Assembly (NCBI GenBank): GCA_003242895.1
Contig: QKMY01000058.1
Span: 12,739 to 76,738 of the forward strand
Direction of reading: 5' to 3'
Source of the DNA: Candidatus Margulisiibacteriota bacterium
GTDB lineage: Bacteria; Margulisbacteria; Riflemargulisbacteria; GWF2-39-127
Length of the DNA stretch: 64,000 nucleotides
Below are positions 26,206-36,314 of this stretch, piece by piece. How positions within the stretch are numbered: the stretch's first letter is position 1; each line of letters opens with the position of its first letter. Made by a program: the position numbers and the translations under genes. Below the pieces are notes generated by a model. The model was not told where the DNA came from, searched no databases, and saw only the letters and a program-made list of their open reading frames with translations.

Positions 26206-29200
26206 TTATTTCAAAACTGCTATCTTAACTTTTTCTTTTGTTTTATGCTTGCCGTCATCTATTATGAGATATCCGAGATAGACACCATTCGAAACAACTT
26301 CACCGAATTTATTTCTACCATTCCAAATTATCTCATTATATCCAGCTTGAGCTCCCGGTTCGTCTTTCGATGCTTCCATATTAAATAATAACTCACCACT
26401 AATTGAGTAAACCCTTAGTTCCGTATCCGCCGGCTGACTTAGGTAATAACTAATATAAGCACTTCCCTTGTTAGGATTAAAAGGATTCGGCGCAGATAAA
26501 AGTTTAGTTACCGTTTCCCCTGACACCAGGAAACTAACCTGAACTACTATGCTCGACGTCGATAAATCATTCGCCTGGACAAGAATAGAATATCTTCCCG
26601 GAGCAAGAGTTATAGCAGGATTGAAGACATATGATGCAGTAGCCACAATTGATGCTGTTGGGAATGCTACTATTCCTGATACAGTTACAATATCGTTCTT
26701 CCAATCTTGGATTAGCACATTGTAAGTTGTCAGGAAAACATCATCAACAAAACCAACCTTCACTTCTCGAACTTCATTCGAGATATAATCCCCAGTAACT
26801 ACCACTTTATCGTTGACATAAAGATCTGAAGCTGATCGAGGACTGTCTACTATTGAGGTTATTACAAATGCCTGCGAATTATTAACAAGTTCATTACCGA
26901 AAATGTCTTTGATATTACGAATCTCTATCTTTGCAATACCAGTATTCATTAAATTGCCTATTTCTGTTTCTGCCACCCATACGGCATTCTTAACTCCGGA
27001 GGATTCCAATCTAACAGCAAACTGCTCGGTTACTCCTAAGATATCAACACACGTTATAATTGGAAGTGAAGTACTATCCACTCCTGTATCGTCAGAAACA
27101 TTTATAGTTAGAGTCATAGTATTGCCGAAGGGGACCCTTCGATCCAATTTATCAAAACTCGTAGCAAATGCATTAATAGTCGGGGCCCTTAGCTCCGCTG
27201 CATATACTATAGATGCGAAGCTAATTACCGTCCCATTGTCACTACTAACGTACTGAGCAGTATGCCCAGCTAAATCAACTATACACGAAGTATCAAAATA
27301 AAGGTTTCCTGTACCAACTGCTAAGCTATAATCAATCGGAATAACTCCTCTTATTATATTATTAACAATATTCACGCTAGCAGCGTTAGCATATATCTTC
27401 TGATGGTCTTTTGACATCTCTAGCCAAATCTTAGGTTCAGAGTCCGCAGATATCACAACTATGCCTTTTTCGATAATAGGGATTACAAAGTGAATGCCGT
27501 TAGGACCAAGCTTCACAATGGAACCCGTTACGATTTCTTCCTCGAAAGCAGTCTTGGAAATAGATACCTTTTCTTTAGTAGATTTTGCTTTCGCAACTTT
27601 ACTAAAGATGCTCCTAAATGTATCCTTCTTCGTAGCTACTGATAAGGCACTAATACCTGTGTTACTTGCAGCAATATCATCTGATGTGAAAATCAGGGTA
27701 TCGGCACTGAATTGAGGTAACATCGGCGAAGTTTGATCTGTTTCAAAAGAGATATTATCAACAGTAAACCTATCTTTGCCCGCATTATAAACTTTAAATT
27801 GAAAAGCAAGTATATTTTTAATTAAATCTTCAATCGGAACTATATTTCCAAAATCCCCATTCAATCTAAAATCACTATAGGAAAGAACAACTCGATTAAA
27901 CTGACCATTAATCCAAGTATCCGGGTCCATATGTTCTACAAAGAATGCTTCATAGTTGTTACCGAGCGTTAAATCATCATTTGCAAGAGCTACCGATACC
28001 TGACACATACTATCGTAATTTCCACTAACATATAAAGTTACAGTATCGTATTGGCTAAGATCAACTGCAACATTGCTGTTAGCAAATGGCCTGCTTACCA
28101 TCATCCAATTCGCGTCATCAGTACTATTGTATGCGATATTTAGCCCTTTCGACCCATCAACACCATTATTGGATATCCAAGCATTTATTGTAGCTTCAGA
28201 AGAAGGAGAATCCGCTCCGGACCACCAGTATTCACCGTAAGATTCCATGTCAAATGATTGCATAAAGTTAAAGGTTGTTGGGATCGGCGGAGTGTTAGCA
28301 TCATAATCAAATGACAGCTCATCGAAATATATGTTTCCAGCCCCACTACCATTAACTCGGAACTGAATTGTTTTTGCTTGAGCTAAGAGGTCTTTAACTG
28401 AAACAAGATTACCAAACAGCCCTTGAGGCATGAAGCTGCTTAGCGGGATCGATATTCTAGTAAAAGTAGAATTATTAACAGAATCCGTCACTACTTGACT
28501 TAAATCAACGAAATAGTTGTTATAACTAGTAACATCATCATTAGCGATGATCAATTTCAACCGACCGACTTCTTCTTTGTTGCCCTTTACATAGAGGTGC
28601 ATCACATTATACATCGAAAGGTCGACGGTTGGAGTTACCGCAGTTCCTAGAGCTCGACCAATAATTGACCATGAACTGTCAGACGTATTGGAATAATTAA
28701 TCTGGAATGACTTCATTGTCCCGTCGGCACCTTCATAGACAATATTATGATTGATAGTCGCGCCATAGGCTGCTGTATCCCACCACCAGTTGCTTCTGTC
28801 TTTCTCAAAATCGTATTTGCCAGCAAAATTCAAGTTCAGGGTCGGCACATACGGTGGATTCTGCGCAACATCGAACCCTAAGTTATCGACGATAAAGGAG
28901 CCTGAAACTTGCCCTTCTATCCTGAACTGTATTGCTTTTATATTACTTAATATTGTTCCAAAATCTATGGCGGTTTCCATACTATTCATCGGCCTAAAGT
29001 CACTGAACGGGATCACGACTTGATTATAACCATTGGCATTATAGCTGTCTTTATCGATACAATCATAAATATTTGCTCCATAGTTGTTGTATGAGGTAAT
29101 CGTATCGTTCGCCAGTACCATCAAGATATTCTTGAACTGCTCGACGTCACCCTTTAGCGACACCGTTATTGATTTGTAATTATTCATTGCGACAATGTCG

Positions 29201-30012
29201 ACATTTGGGTTACTACCATTTATGTCTGAGTTAGTAACTTGCCACCAATATTCGGTTTTATCCTCGATGTCGCTATACAAAGTAACATCTTTCAAATTAA
29301 TACCAACAATTTTCCAGGCATCTTTACTTGCGAGATTGTAATCTACAGGCATCACAAAAGCAGGAATATACGGAGGATTTAGAGTTAAATTAAAATTAAC
29401 TTCATCAACAGTAAAAGTACCTGAACCGGCACCTGTGTTTTTAAATTGTACTGCATTGGTATTTTTCAATAAATTAACAAAATCTGATATTCTACTTGCA
29501 CCTGACGATGCTCTAAATGCATCAAAAGGTATTATTATCCTATTGAATAAGTTCGGATTGTAATTGCTCGGATTTATAAATGGATTGATTTTCGCTTCAT
29601 AGTTACTACCTAGTGCATCATTTGCTAATACAAAAGATAGTTGCTGTAGACAATTAATGTCACCTTTAACATAAAAAGAAACCGACTCGTAAAGAGTCAT
29701 ATCGATCGTGCTACTCAGATTCTTGCCAACTATCGACCATGAATCATCAGAAGGATTCGTATACGTTATCTCCAGTGCTTTCTGAGTTGCTTCGGCACCA
29801 CCAGCTACTATCGAGTGATTGATTGTTGCACCGGAGGAGGATGCATCCCACCAACTATCACGAGACTCAAAATTCAGAATACCGTTAAATACTTCGACAA
29901 TACTAGCTTGAATTGCAATAAGCCCGTAATTCGCAGCAAAAACCTCGCTATTACAGGTAATAACGAGAAACAAGGCTAATAACAGTAATGACTTTATTTT
30001 TTTGCCAATCAC
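26206..30012 (-). CDS. Large secreted protein: signal peptide, N-terminal ANYGLIAIQA motif, four ~190-aa carbohydrate-binding-module-like repeats, Ig-like region, C-terminal FlgD-Ig / T9SS-CTD-like beta-sandwich
   Basis: 1268 aa; GTG start with GAGGTG RBS. Repeats each contain WW..(S/A)..ATIN and ANDxxxSYNNY-type motifs. C-terminus NPFNPNKGSAYISYYLSQPADTELRVYSISGELL...GYNEIIWNGRNKFGEVVSNGVYLGYLII. Overlaps the upstream gene by 4 bp (GTGA). Confidence 0.6.
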   Translation of the reverse strand: MIGKKIKSLLLLALFLVITCNSEVFAANYGLIAIQASIVEVFNGILNFESRDSWWDASSSGATINHSIVAGGAEATQKALEITYTNPSDDSWSIVGKNLSSTIDMTLYESVSFYVKGDINCLQQLSFVLANDALGSNYEAKINPFINPSNYNPNLFNRIIIPFDAFRASSGASRISDFVNLLKNTNAVQFKNTGAGSGTFTVDEVNFNLTLNPPYIPAFVMPVDYNLASKDAWKIVGINLKDVTLYSDIEDKTEYWWQVTNSDINGSNPNVDIVAMNNYKSITVSLKGDVEQFKNILMVLANDTITSYNNYGANIYDCIDKDSYNANGYNQVVIPFSDFRPMNSMETAIDFGTILSNIKAIQFRIEGQVSGSFIVDNLGFDVAQNPPYVPTLNLNFAGKYDFEKDRSNWWWDTAAYGATINHNIVYEGADGTMKSFQINYSNTSDSSWSIIGRALGTAVTPTVDLSMYNVMHLYVKGNKEEVGRLKLIIANDDVTSYNNYFVDLSQVVTDSVNNSTFTRISIPLSSFMPQGLFGNLVSVKDLLAQAKTIQFRVNGSGAGNIYFDELSFDYDANTPPIPTTFNFMQSFDMESYGEYWWSGADSPSSEATINAWISNNGVDGSKGLNIAYNSTDDANWMMVSRPFANSNVAVDLSQYDTVTLYVSGNYDSMCQVSVALANDDLTLGNNYEAFFVEHMDPDTWINGQFNRVVLSYSDFRLNGDFGNIVPIEDLIKNILAFQFKVYNAGKDRFTVDNISFETDQTSPMLPQFSADTLIFTSDDIAASNTGISALSVATKKDTFRSIFSKVAKAKSTKEKVSISKTAFEEEIVTGSIVKLGPNGIHFVIPIIEKGIVVISADSEPKIWLEMSKDHQKIYANAASVNIVNNIIRGVIPIDYSLAVGTGNLYFDTSCIVDLAGHTAQYVSSDNGTVISFASIVYAAELRAPTINAFATSFDKLDRRVPFGNTMTLTINVSDDTGVDSTSLPIITCVDILGVTEQFAVRLESSGVKNAVWVAETEIGNLMNTGIAKIEIRNIKDIFGNELVNNSQAFVITSIVDSPRSASDLYVNDKVVVTGDYISNEVREVKVGFVDDVFLTTYNVLIQDWKNDIVTVSGIVAFPTASIVATASYVFNPAITLAPGRYSILVQANDLSTSSIVVQVSFLVSGETVTKLLSAPNPFNPNKGSAYISYYLSQPADTELRVYSISGELLFNMEASKDEPGAQAGYNEIIWNGRNKFGEVVSNGVYLGYLIIDDGKHKTKEKVKIAVLK

Positions 30013-30827
30013 AAATTCACCTCAAAGACTTTAGTTTCTGACTTAATTTTACTAGAAAGATACTCATATTGAGCGTTAATCTCCGCCAAATATTTTCCGT
30101 GATTAAAATCCTCGATGTTCGGTAACGTCATCTGGATTATCCTGTCGGCCTCAGGGAAAACAGGCCAATCTTTCGCAATTAAAAAAGTATCTTTTCCCTG
30201 ATCATCAAGCAGGTACTTCCCGTCTGCCACACTCTTTAACCGTAAATATATTTCTGGTCTCATATGAACATTCCCATAATTTTTTAAAATAATTGTCGTA
30301 CTGAGAGAAACATTGGTTGATGCTAAACCAGCTGCTTGCGTTGCCGCTATATTAAAACTAGTAACTCGTACATCCGTTTTTTTATTTTCTTCACTCATCA
30401 TATATACTGGAACCCTTATCTCGCTAACATAAGGAGACCCTGGCGCCCGTTCGGTAAATGAAAGGTAGATCTTTTTCTCCCCAACAAAATCTGAAGGAGC
30501 ACTTATAACAATAGTTTTTTTGACTGTCTTATTCGGAGAAACCTCAAGATCTACAAAAGAGTCGATTTGAACCCAAGATACTTCTTCTTCGGTGAATACG
30601 ACCGATTGGTTTTGATCAAAGCGCCATGCAGTGATTCCATTATTCACGATAACATCGTCATCACAGTTATTTTTAATATAAAAACTAGTAGTCGTTGTCT
30701 CCCCAGGCAGGACTTCGACTTCTATCATCGAGGGATGGACACTTAATGCGTGAAGAGCAGAGGTGCTACACAAAAGAAAGATAGCACTAACTACTAAACA
30801 GGTACTTTTTGCACTAATGACTTTCAT
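30009..30827 (-). CDS. Secreted two-domain beta-sandwich protein, possible PapD-like periplasmic chaperone fold
   Basis: 272 aa with signal peptide; N-terminal LSVHPSMIEVEVLPGETTTTSFYIKNN resembles a chaperone N-domain strand pattern. Assignment is weak. Confidence 0.35.
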   Translation of the reverse strand: MKVISAKSTCLVVSAIFLLCSTSALHALSVHPSMIEVEVLPGETTTTSFYIKNNCDDDVIVNNGITAWRFDQNQSVVFTEEEVSWVQIDSFVDLEVSPNKTVKKTIVISAPSDFVGEKKIYLSFTERAPGSPYVSEIRVPVYMMSEENKKTDVRVTSFNIAATQAAGLASTNVSLSTTIILKNYGNVHMRPEIYLRLKSVADGKYLLDDQGKDTFLIAKDWPVFPEADRIIQMTLPNIEDFNHGKYLAEINAQYEYLSSKIKSETKVFEVNL

Positions 30828-30959
30828 TAACTACTCCCTATATTTGCTATCAGTTTTTATTCAAACTTATTAAGTCCCCCGACAACTTAATAAGTTTGAT
30901 TTTAAAGGTTTCAGGTATTCTCCGGCAAGAACCGGAGAATACCTGGCTAAAAATACCTA

Positions 30960-31634
30960 TTATTGTGTTTGTAAACTATATTGTAAAACAGCTGTCCAGG
31001 TAGCCGGAGCTGTTGTTGCTGTAAAACCGAGTCGATACCAAGCTTTTATTGTGGTTTCTGTTAGCTGTTGTTCACCAGATGCAATTTGACGTGCAGAATC
31101 AGCAAGTGTAGCTGAACCTTTAGTCCACGTTGTCCCATCTGCCTTCCAGCATGGATCTTGTTGTGCTGCAACGCCAACTTTGTACCATGGCCAGTATTGA
31201 CTATCCTTTACATTTAACCATGCAGCCGCAGCGGTGTTTGTTGGTAGAGTTGCGCTAACGGTTACACCAAGAGGTTGCTGTGATCCGGAATAATCAACTC
31301 CCATATTTCCAAGTGAGTAATCAACCAGACCATCGATTTTAACGTTTTCATCAGCATTTGTTGTAGCCGCAACGTGACTCGCATTCATAACGAATAGCTG
31401 CCATGATGATTTGTTTGTCGAATAAGCAATATTGGTTGCTGTTGTAACAATTATTGTAGTCGCATTGACTGTAAGGGCATTTAATGTAGGCGCCTGTCCC
31501 CCTGAAACAGTATTTACTTTCAATATTGTGGTATCGGCAACTGTTGCCTGAATACCAATCAAACCATAGTTTGCAGCGAAGGCTGCTGAACTCATAAGCA
31601 TTAAAGCTAAAACCATAAATAGTATTTTTTTCAT
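30960..31634 (-). CDS. Secreted Thr/Ala-rich protein (candidate fibre/pilin-like subunit) with mature N-terminus ANYGLIGIQATV
   Basis: 224 aa; ATG with AAAGGTGGG RBS; signal peptide MKKILFMVLALMLMSSAAFA, then the same motif as the mature N-terminus of the 1268-aa protein. Confidence 0.5.
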   Translation of the reverse strand: MKKILFMVLALMLMSSAAFAANYGLIGIQATVADTTILKVNTVSGGQAPTLNALTVNATTIIVTTATNIAYSTNKSSWQLFVMNASHVAATTNADENVKIDGLVDYSLGNMGVDYSGSQQPLGVTVSATLPTNTAAAAWLNVKDSQYWPWYKVGVAAQQDPCWKADGTTWTKGSATLADSARQIASGEQQLTETTIKAWYRLGFTATTAPATWTAVLQYSLQTQ

Positions 31635-32209
31635 GTACTATTCCCACCTTTCAATATAATTATTTTAATAATTAAAATATATTTTCATACATCACAGTCG
31701 CGATTATCTAAAAACGTCAAGAATCTATTTCTCCAGCTAGCCCCTCCTTTCACATACCTTATCAAAATCAAGTAACAAAATACCATTACTATTAATATAT
31801 CGTATCGTCATCAAAATGATTTCATTACATTTGCATTTTTTATTGCCAGTAATTATAGCAAAAACAAAACATTAAATCAAATACATATTTTATATTTATA
31901 ATATTGCCATTGTTTACTTATATTTTTTAGCTATACTTATGATTGTTTTCTTTAACAAAAACATTTTATTACTTGTTAATTCTCAAGGATTAATAAAAGC
32001 ATGAGGATACAACCATATTAATTTAGCGATACATATAATATATTTTTTTTTCAAAGGTAGCAATGACTAAATATTAATCTCTCCTTTCATTACTTACTAT
32101 ACCCGTGCATTATGTAGTTCAAACATAGATTTACATAACATTTTCATGTCGAATGTTGCGTTTCTGTGAAATATCCTTCATTTATAAATAATTTGACAGT
32201 TATTTCAAT

Positions 32210-33235
32210 TTGTTTCATACTTTCTGTAAAATAATCGTAAATAGAGGTTCCACTGTGATAACGACTGTTACACTAAACCCGGCTTTAGATAAGATATATA
32301 CGATATCTAATTTTACTATAAGTAAGCTCCACAGACTTGGTGATTTTTCCAGACTTTTTATGGATGGAGAAATCGACACAGTAATTTCTTCGCCGGGTGG
32401 AAAAGGTATAAATGTTGCTGTTTTCACCCAGCGAATGGGGATCAAAACCATGGCAATGGGCATTATCGGAGGACATGCCGGGAGATTACTGGAAGATCTG
32501 GTCATAAGAGAAGGCATTACGATTAATTGCATCTACGGGGCTGGAAATACAAGAACAAATCTTTCTATATTTGATACAAAAAGCAATACGCTAACCGTCA
32601 TTAACGAGCCAGGAAACCCGATACTTGAAGAAGATCTTGATACTTTTCTAAAAAGATTCAGCCTGGTCGTTAGTTCTTCGCAATACATAATAATCTCAGG
32701 GAGTATTCCACCGGGGACCGACCCTGATTTCTATGCCAAACTTATCAATATTTCCAACGCAAAAAAGGTACCGGTTATCCTTAACACACTAAAAACACCG
32801 TTACTCAAAGGAATAGAAGCCGGACCAACAATTGTTTACCCTGACCTTCGAAGTGACTATACTTTTCTTGACCATAAAACTGAAACAAGAGAAGATTATT
32901 TTGATCTTGGACAGATAGTTCTTACAAAGCACAAAAACATTAAAATCGTCATCTTTTCGAAAATGACCAATGGACAGGTTTTCTACATCACGAGACAGGG
33001 CCAGTACGAAGTCACGTTCAACAATCTTAAAATAGCGAACCTTTTTGGTTTCGGCGACCAGCTTATTGGTGGTCTTACTTATGCTCTCGTCAATAACATG
33101 GAGATTGAAGATGCACTTAAATATGCCTCGGCTGCTGGCCTTACCAATGCTGAATCTCTATCGAAATTTGTTACAAATCCCAAAATTATCAATAATAATA
33201 TTAACCGAGTTTCAATAATAAAAAGGGAGGGTTAA
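32210..33235 (+). CDS. PfkB-family carbohydrate kinase (1-phosphofructokinase / tagatose-6-phosphate kinase-like)
   Basis: Motif TVTLNPALDK near the N-terminus; GG and DxxGAGD-like regions. True start is probably GTG ~32256 (RBS AGAGG upstream) rather than 32210. Confidence 0.7.
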   Translation: MFHTFCKIIVNRGSTVITTVTLNPALDKIYTISNFTISKLHRLGDFSRLFMDGEIDTVISSPGGKGINVAVFTQRMGIKTMAMGIIGGHAGRLLEDLVIREGITINCIYGAGNTRTNLSIFDTKSNTLTVINEPGNPILEEDLDTFLKRFSLVVSSSQYIIISGSIPPGTDPDFYAKLINISNAKKVPVILNTLKTPLLKGIEAGPTIVYPDLRSDYTFLDHKTETREDYFDLGQIVLTKHKNIKIVIFSKMTNGQVFYITRQGQYEVTFNNLKIANLFGFGDQLIGGLTYALVNNMEIEDALKYASAAGLTNAESLSKFVTNPKIINNNINRVSIIKREG

Positions 33236-33649
33236 ATGAAAGTTAAAAATTATATGACCAGGGATATTACCTCTGTACTTGAAGATACCTCGATGGAATA
33301 CCTCATAAAAGTTCTCTTCCGACATAAGCGGTCCACAATTCCTGTAGTTAATAATGAAAATAAAGTAATTGGATCAGTCAGCACTACTAACATTTATGAA
33401 GCATTGCAACCAGGGCAAATCAATCATTCAGCTGATCTGGAAGACTTACTCCGTACTATGAAAGAAAAAAAAGTTTCTAATTATTTGCATACGGGACTTC
33501 CCATTGTTTATGAAAACGACGAAATAATCAAGGCAATCAATCTATTACTAAGAAATAATCTTGACGCAATATTTGTTGTGAATAATGAACATATTCTTAC
33601 TGGGTTCATTAGCAGCATCGACTTACTTGCATCGATAATAAAACACTAG
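33236..33649 (+). CDS. CBS-domain pair protein
   Basis: 137 aa; two CBS-like repeats (PVVNNENKVIGSVS...; DAIFVVNNEHILTGFIS). Confidence 0.6.
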   Translation: MKVKNYMTRDITSVLEDTSMEYLIKVLFRHKRSTIPVVNNENKVIGSVSTTNIYEALQPGQINHSADLEDLLRTMKEKKVSNYLHTGLPIVYENDEIIKAINLLLRNNLDAIFVVNNEHILTGFISSIDLLASIIKH

Positions 33650-33771
33650 AATAAGCAAATAAGCTAAAAACACTCTTCTGCTATACTTGGAGATAATTGC
33701 GTAAATAAGGTCCCTTTTTCTCAACGACCTATTAGAAATTATTATTTTCATTAAAGCTATAAGCGAAATTC

Positions 33772-34599
33772 CTAAAATATTAAACTTCTACTAACAATCC
33801 ATTCGGAAATATCTGAGTAGATGGTATCCCTATCAACTGGAACACTCAGGGCATGGAATTCCGGATACGAATTGATCTTTTTATCCAACACTTGCAATGA
33901 TTGAAAAAAATTATTCGCAGTCTTATTATCGACCAAAAGATCATCATCGGCGAGCAAGAAAAACACTGGCGTCTTAATTTTCTTCTTCTTGAAAAGAACC
34001 TGCTTAGACATGAGAGCAAATTCCCCCCAAAATTTCGCGCTATACCAATATTCTTTCTCCCCAGTTTCATTGAGTGCGTCCAGATACCACTGATCTTTGG
34101 TAACCATAGACGTTTTGATTGGAAAACAAAAACTTTTTTGAGGACGGAGAAAATAATCCCTTATTATTGAAAGCTTCTTTATTATATTAAACGAAATATC
34201 GAAAAAGGGGGACAAGACAATCACTCCGGACAATAATGAAGGGAAAGCCTGTGCGAAGTACAAAGCGACAACTGCACCATACCCTTCTCCGCATAAAAAA
34301 ATCGGGGTATCTTTGTATTTTTTTTTGTGTTCGTTAATTAAGAAATTAATTTTTTCAAAACTTGCTTCTATCTCATTGCTTCGGATAACTTCACGGTCAT
34401 GACGGATATCCGGGGATAATATATCCGGCGCTACTCCATAGATACCATTATTACACAAATATTCTGCTAAGGCAGAGAACCTCGACGGTTTAGCATTAAA
34501 GTCCTGCAAAAAAATACAGGTCCCCTGGCTTTTCGTCGTAGGCCATTTTAGATAATTGATCCTGGGCTCTGAATGATCCCTATTATTTTCATTGTGCAT
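33772..34599 (-). CDS. Alpha/beta-hydrolase-fold protein (lysophospholipase-like), nucleophile position apparently Gly
   Basis: 275 aa; nucleophile-elbow-like FLCGEGYGAVVALYF, where GxSxG would be expected. Confidence 0.45.
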   Translation of the reverse strand: MHNENNRDHSEPRINYLKWPTTKSQGTCIFLQDFNAKPSRFSALAEYLCNNGIYGVAPDILSPDIRHDREVIRSNEIEASFEKINFLINEHKKKYKDTPIFLCGEGYGAVVALYFAQAFPSLLSGVIVLSPFFDISFNIIKKLSIIRDYFLRPQKSFCFPIKTSMVTKDQWYLDALNETGEKEYWYSAKFWGEFALMSKQVLFKKKKIKTPVFFLLADDDLLVDNKTANNFFQSLQVLDKKINSYPEFHALSVPVDRDTIYSDISEWIVSRSLIF

Positions 34600-34816
34600 A
34601 TTATCATTTTATCAAAAAAAACACATAATTAGCACATTGATAGCCATACATTTCTCTGTTTAACTGATTATTCTACAAAATCACAAAACATGTTATTCTA
34701 TATTCTCCATTTCCACTTCGTTATAAGATGAAGTGGATTGACGGTTCATTTCGAAACGTATCAGTTGATTATAGGCATACCAACACATCAATAAGCGCAC
34801 CAAGGTTAAGGTAATT

Positions 34817-35680
34817 ATGGGTAAGCTCCCGGAATGGCTTAAAACAAAAACCAGCAAAGGTCTCCACCAAAAAACAATCCGTTCCATTATTGATGACCAA
34901 TCAATTCATACCGTTTGCGAAAGTGCAAAATGTCCGAACAGAGGCGAATGTTTCAGCAAGAAAACTGTTACTTTTATGATCTTGGGTGATGTTTGTACAA
35001 GAAATTGCGCCTTTTGTGCAGTAAGTAAAGGAATCCCGAAAACACCAGAAGAAGATGAGCCTCAACATCTTATTAACACGATAGTCAAACTCGGCCTTAA
35101 ATACATTGTTATCACCTCGGTTACCCGCGATGACCTCCCTGATGGCGGAGCATCCCATTTCGCAAAAATAATATCTGCAATTAAAAGCTACGATTCCACC
35201 ATAAAGATCGAAATACTCACTCCCGATTTTCAAGGAAATTACACACATCTTTCTATAGCCCTCGATGCCCAGCCTGATGTGTTCAATCACAATATCGAAA
35301 CAGTGCCGAGACTATATCCGCTCGTTCGGTCCAAAGCTGACTACAACAGGTCCCTTCGCTTACTGAAGTATTCAAAGGAAATGTTCCCCAATATCGTCAC
35401 GAAATCAGGTCTCATGGTTGGGCTTGGGGAAACTATCGAAGAGATCAAAGAAACCTTGAAGAACCTTTCAACTCATCTAGTAGATATCGTTACTATTGGT
35501 CAATATTTACAACCATCATCAAAAAATGTAATTGTTCACGAATATATCCATCCAGATATTTTTGAGGATTATAAGTCGATTGGAAAAACCCTGGGATTAA
35601 AAGTTGTCAGTGCTCCTTTTGTCAGAAGTTCCTACAACGCACTGGAAGTTTGTAATGAAGTATTGAATAGTGACTCGTAA
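34817..35680 (+). CDS. lipA: Lipoyl synthase
   Basis: 287 aa; N-terminal Cys cluster CESAKCPNRGEC and radical-SAM CTRNCAFC motif. Confidence 0.9.
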   Translation: MGKLPEWLKTKTSKGLHQKTIRSIIDDQSIHTVCESAKCPNRGECFSKKTVTFMILGDVCTRNCAFCAVSKGIPKTPEEDEPQHLINTIVKLGLKYIVITSVTRDDLPDGGASHFAKIISAIKSYDSTIKIEILTPDFQGNYTHLSIALDAQPDVFNHNIETVPRLYPLVRSKADYNRSLRLLKYSKEMFPNIVTKSGLMVGLGETIEEIKETLKNLSTHLVDIVTIGQYLQPSSKNVIVHEYIHPDIFEDYKSIGKTLGLKVVSAPFVRSSYNALEVCNEVLNSDS

Positions 35681-35825
35681 TATAACTCATGTTACAATAA
35701 AAATAAGCATAAATCTGCCACATATTTAAATGTTTGTTTTACTTCCATCAGCTTGTATTTTTAAGTTGAGACGGATATTTTTTTATTCTTTATTTTGGTC
35801 CTTTCATGGACAAGGAGGCATATAA

Positions 35826-36314
35826 TTGATCAAAAAACAGATTATCGATATTTTAGAGCAAGATTCGAGAACAACCTCAAAAGAAATTGCCACTATGCTT
35901 AATATAAGCGTAGAAGAGGTAGAAACAAATATTAAGCAGATGGAAGCAGATAAAGTAATTGTAAAATACACTGCTATAGTTAATAAAGAAAAGGTTTCGG
36001 GAAGTGTACAAGGAGTCGAAGCTTTTATTGAAGTGCAAGTAAAACCTGAAAGAGATAAAGGGTTTGATTCAATAGCAGAAAGGCTCTACAGCTTCCCTGA
36101 GGTTAAGTCCCTTTATTTGATGAGTGGAGGTTATGATCTGCTTGTTGTAATTCAAGGCGCCAACCTCAATGATATTGCGTCTTTCGTCTACCAAAAGTTG
36201 GCAACCCTGGAAAATGTAAAAAGCACAAGGACTCACTTTCTTCTAAAAAAATACAAAGAAAATGGGATTACCTTTGAAAAAACTGAGATCGAAAGGCTAG
36301 CAATAACCTTATGA
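35826..36314 (+). CDS. Lrp/AsnC-family transcriptional regulator
   Basis: 162 aa; N-terminal HTH (ILEQDSRTTSKEIATMLNIS) followed by a RAM-type ligand-binding domain. Confidence 0.7.
   Translation: MIKKQIIDILEQDSRTTSKEIATMLNISVEEVETNIKQMEADKVIVKYTAIVNKEKVSGSVQGVEAFIEVQVKPERDKGFDSIAERLYSFPEVKSLYLMSGGYDLLVVIQGANLNDIASFVYQKLATLENVKSTRTHFLLKKYKENGITFEKTEIERLAITL

Noticed and set aside
31351-31647. Minus-strand 98-aa Cys-rich ORF overlapping the 224-aa ANYGLI protein gene
   Set aside because: Alternative frame of the same locus; the 224-aa frame has a canonical RBS, a signal peptide and the conserved shared motif, so this one is unlikely to be real.
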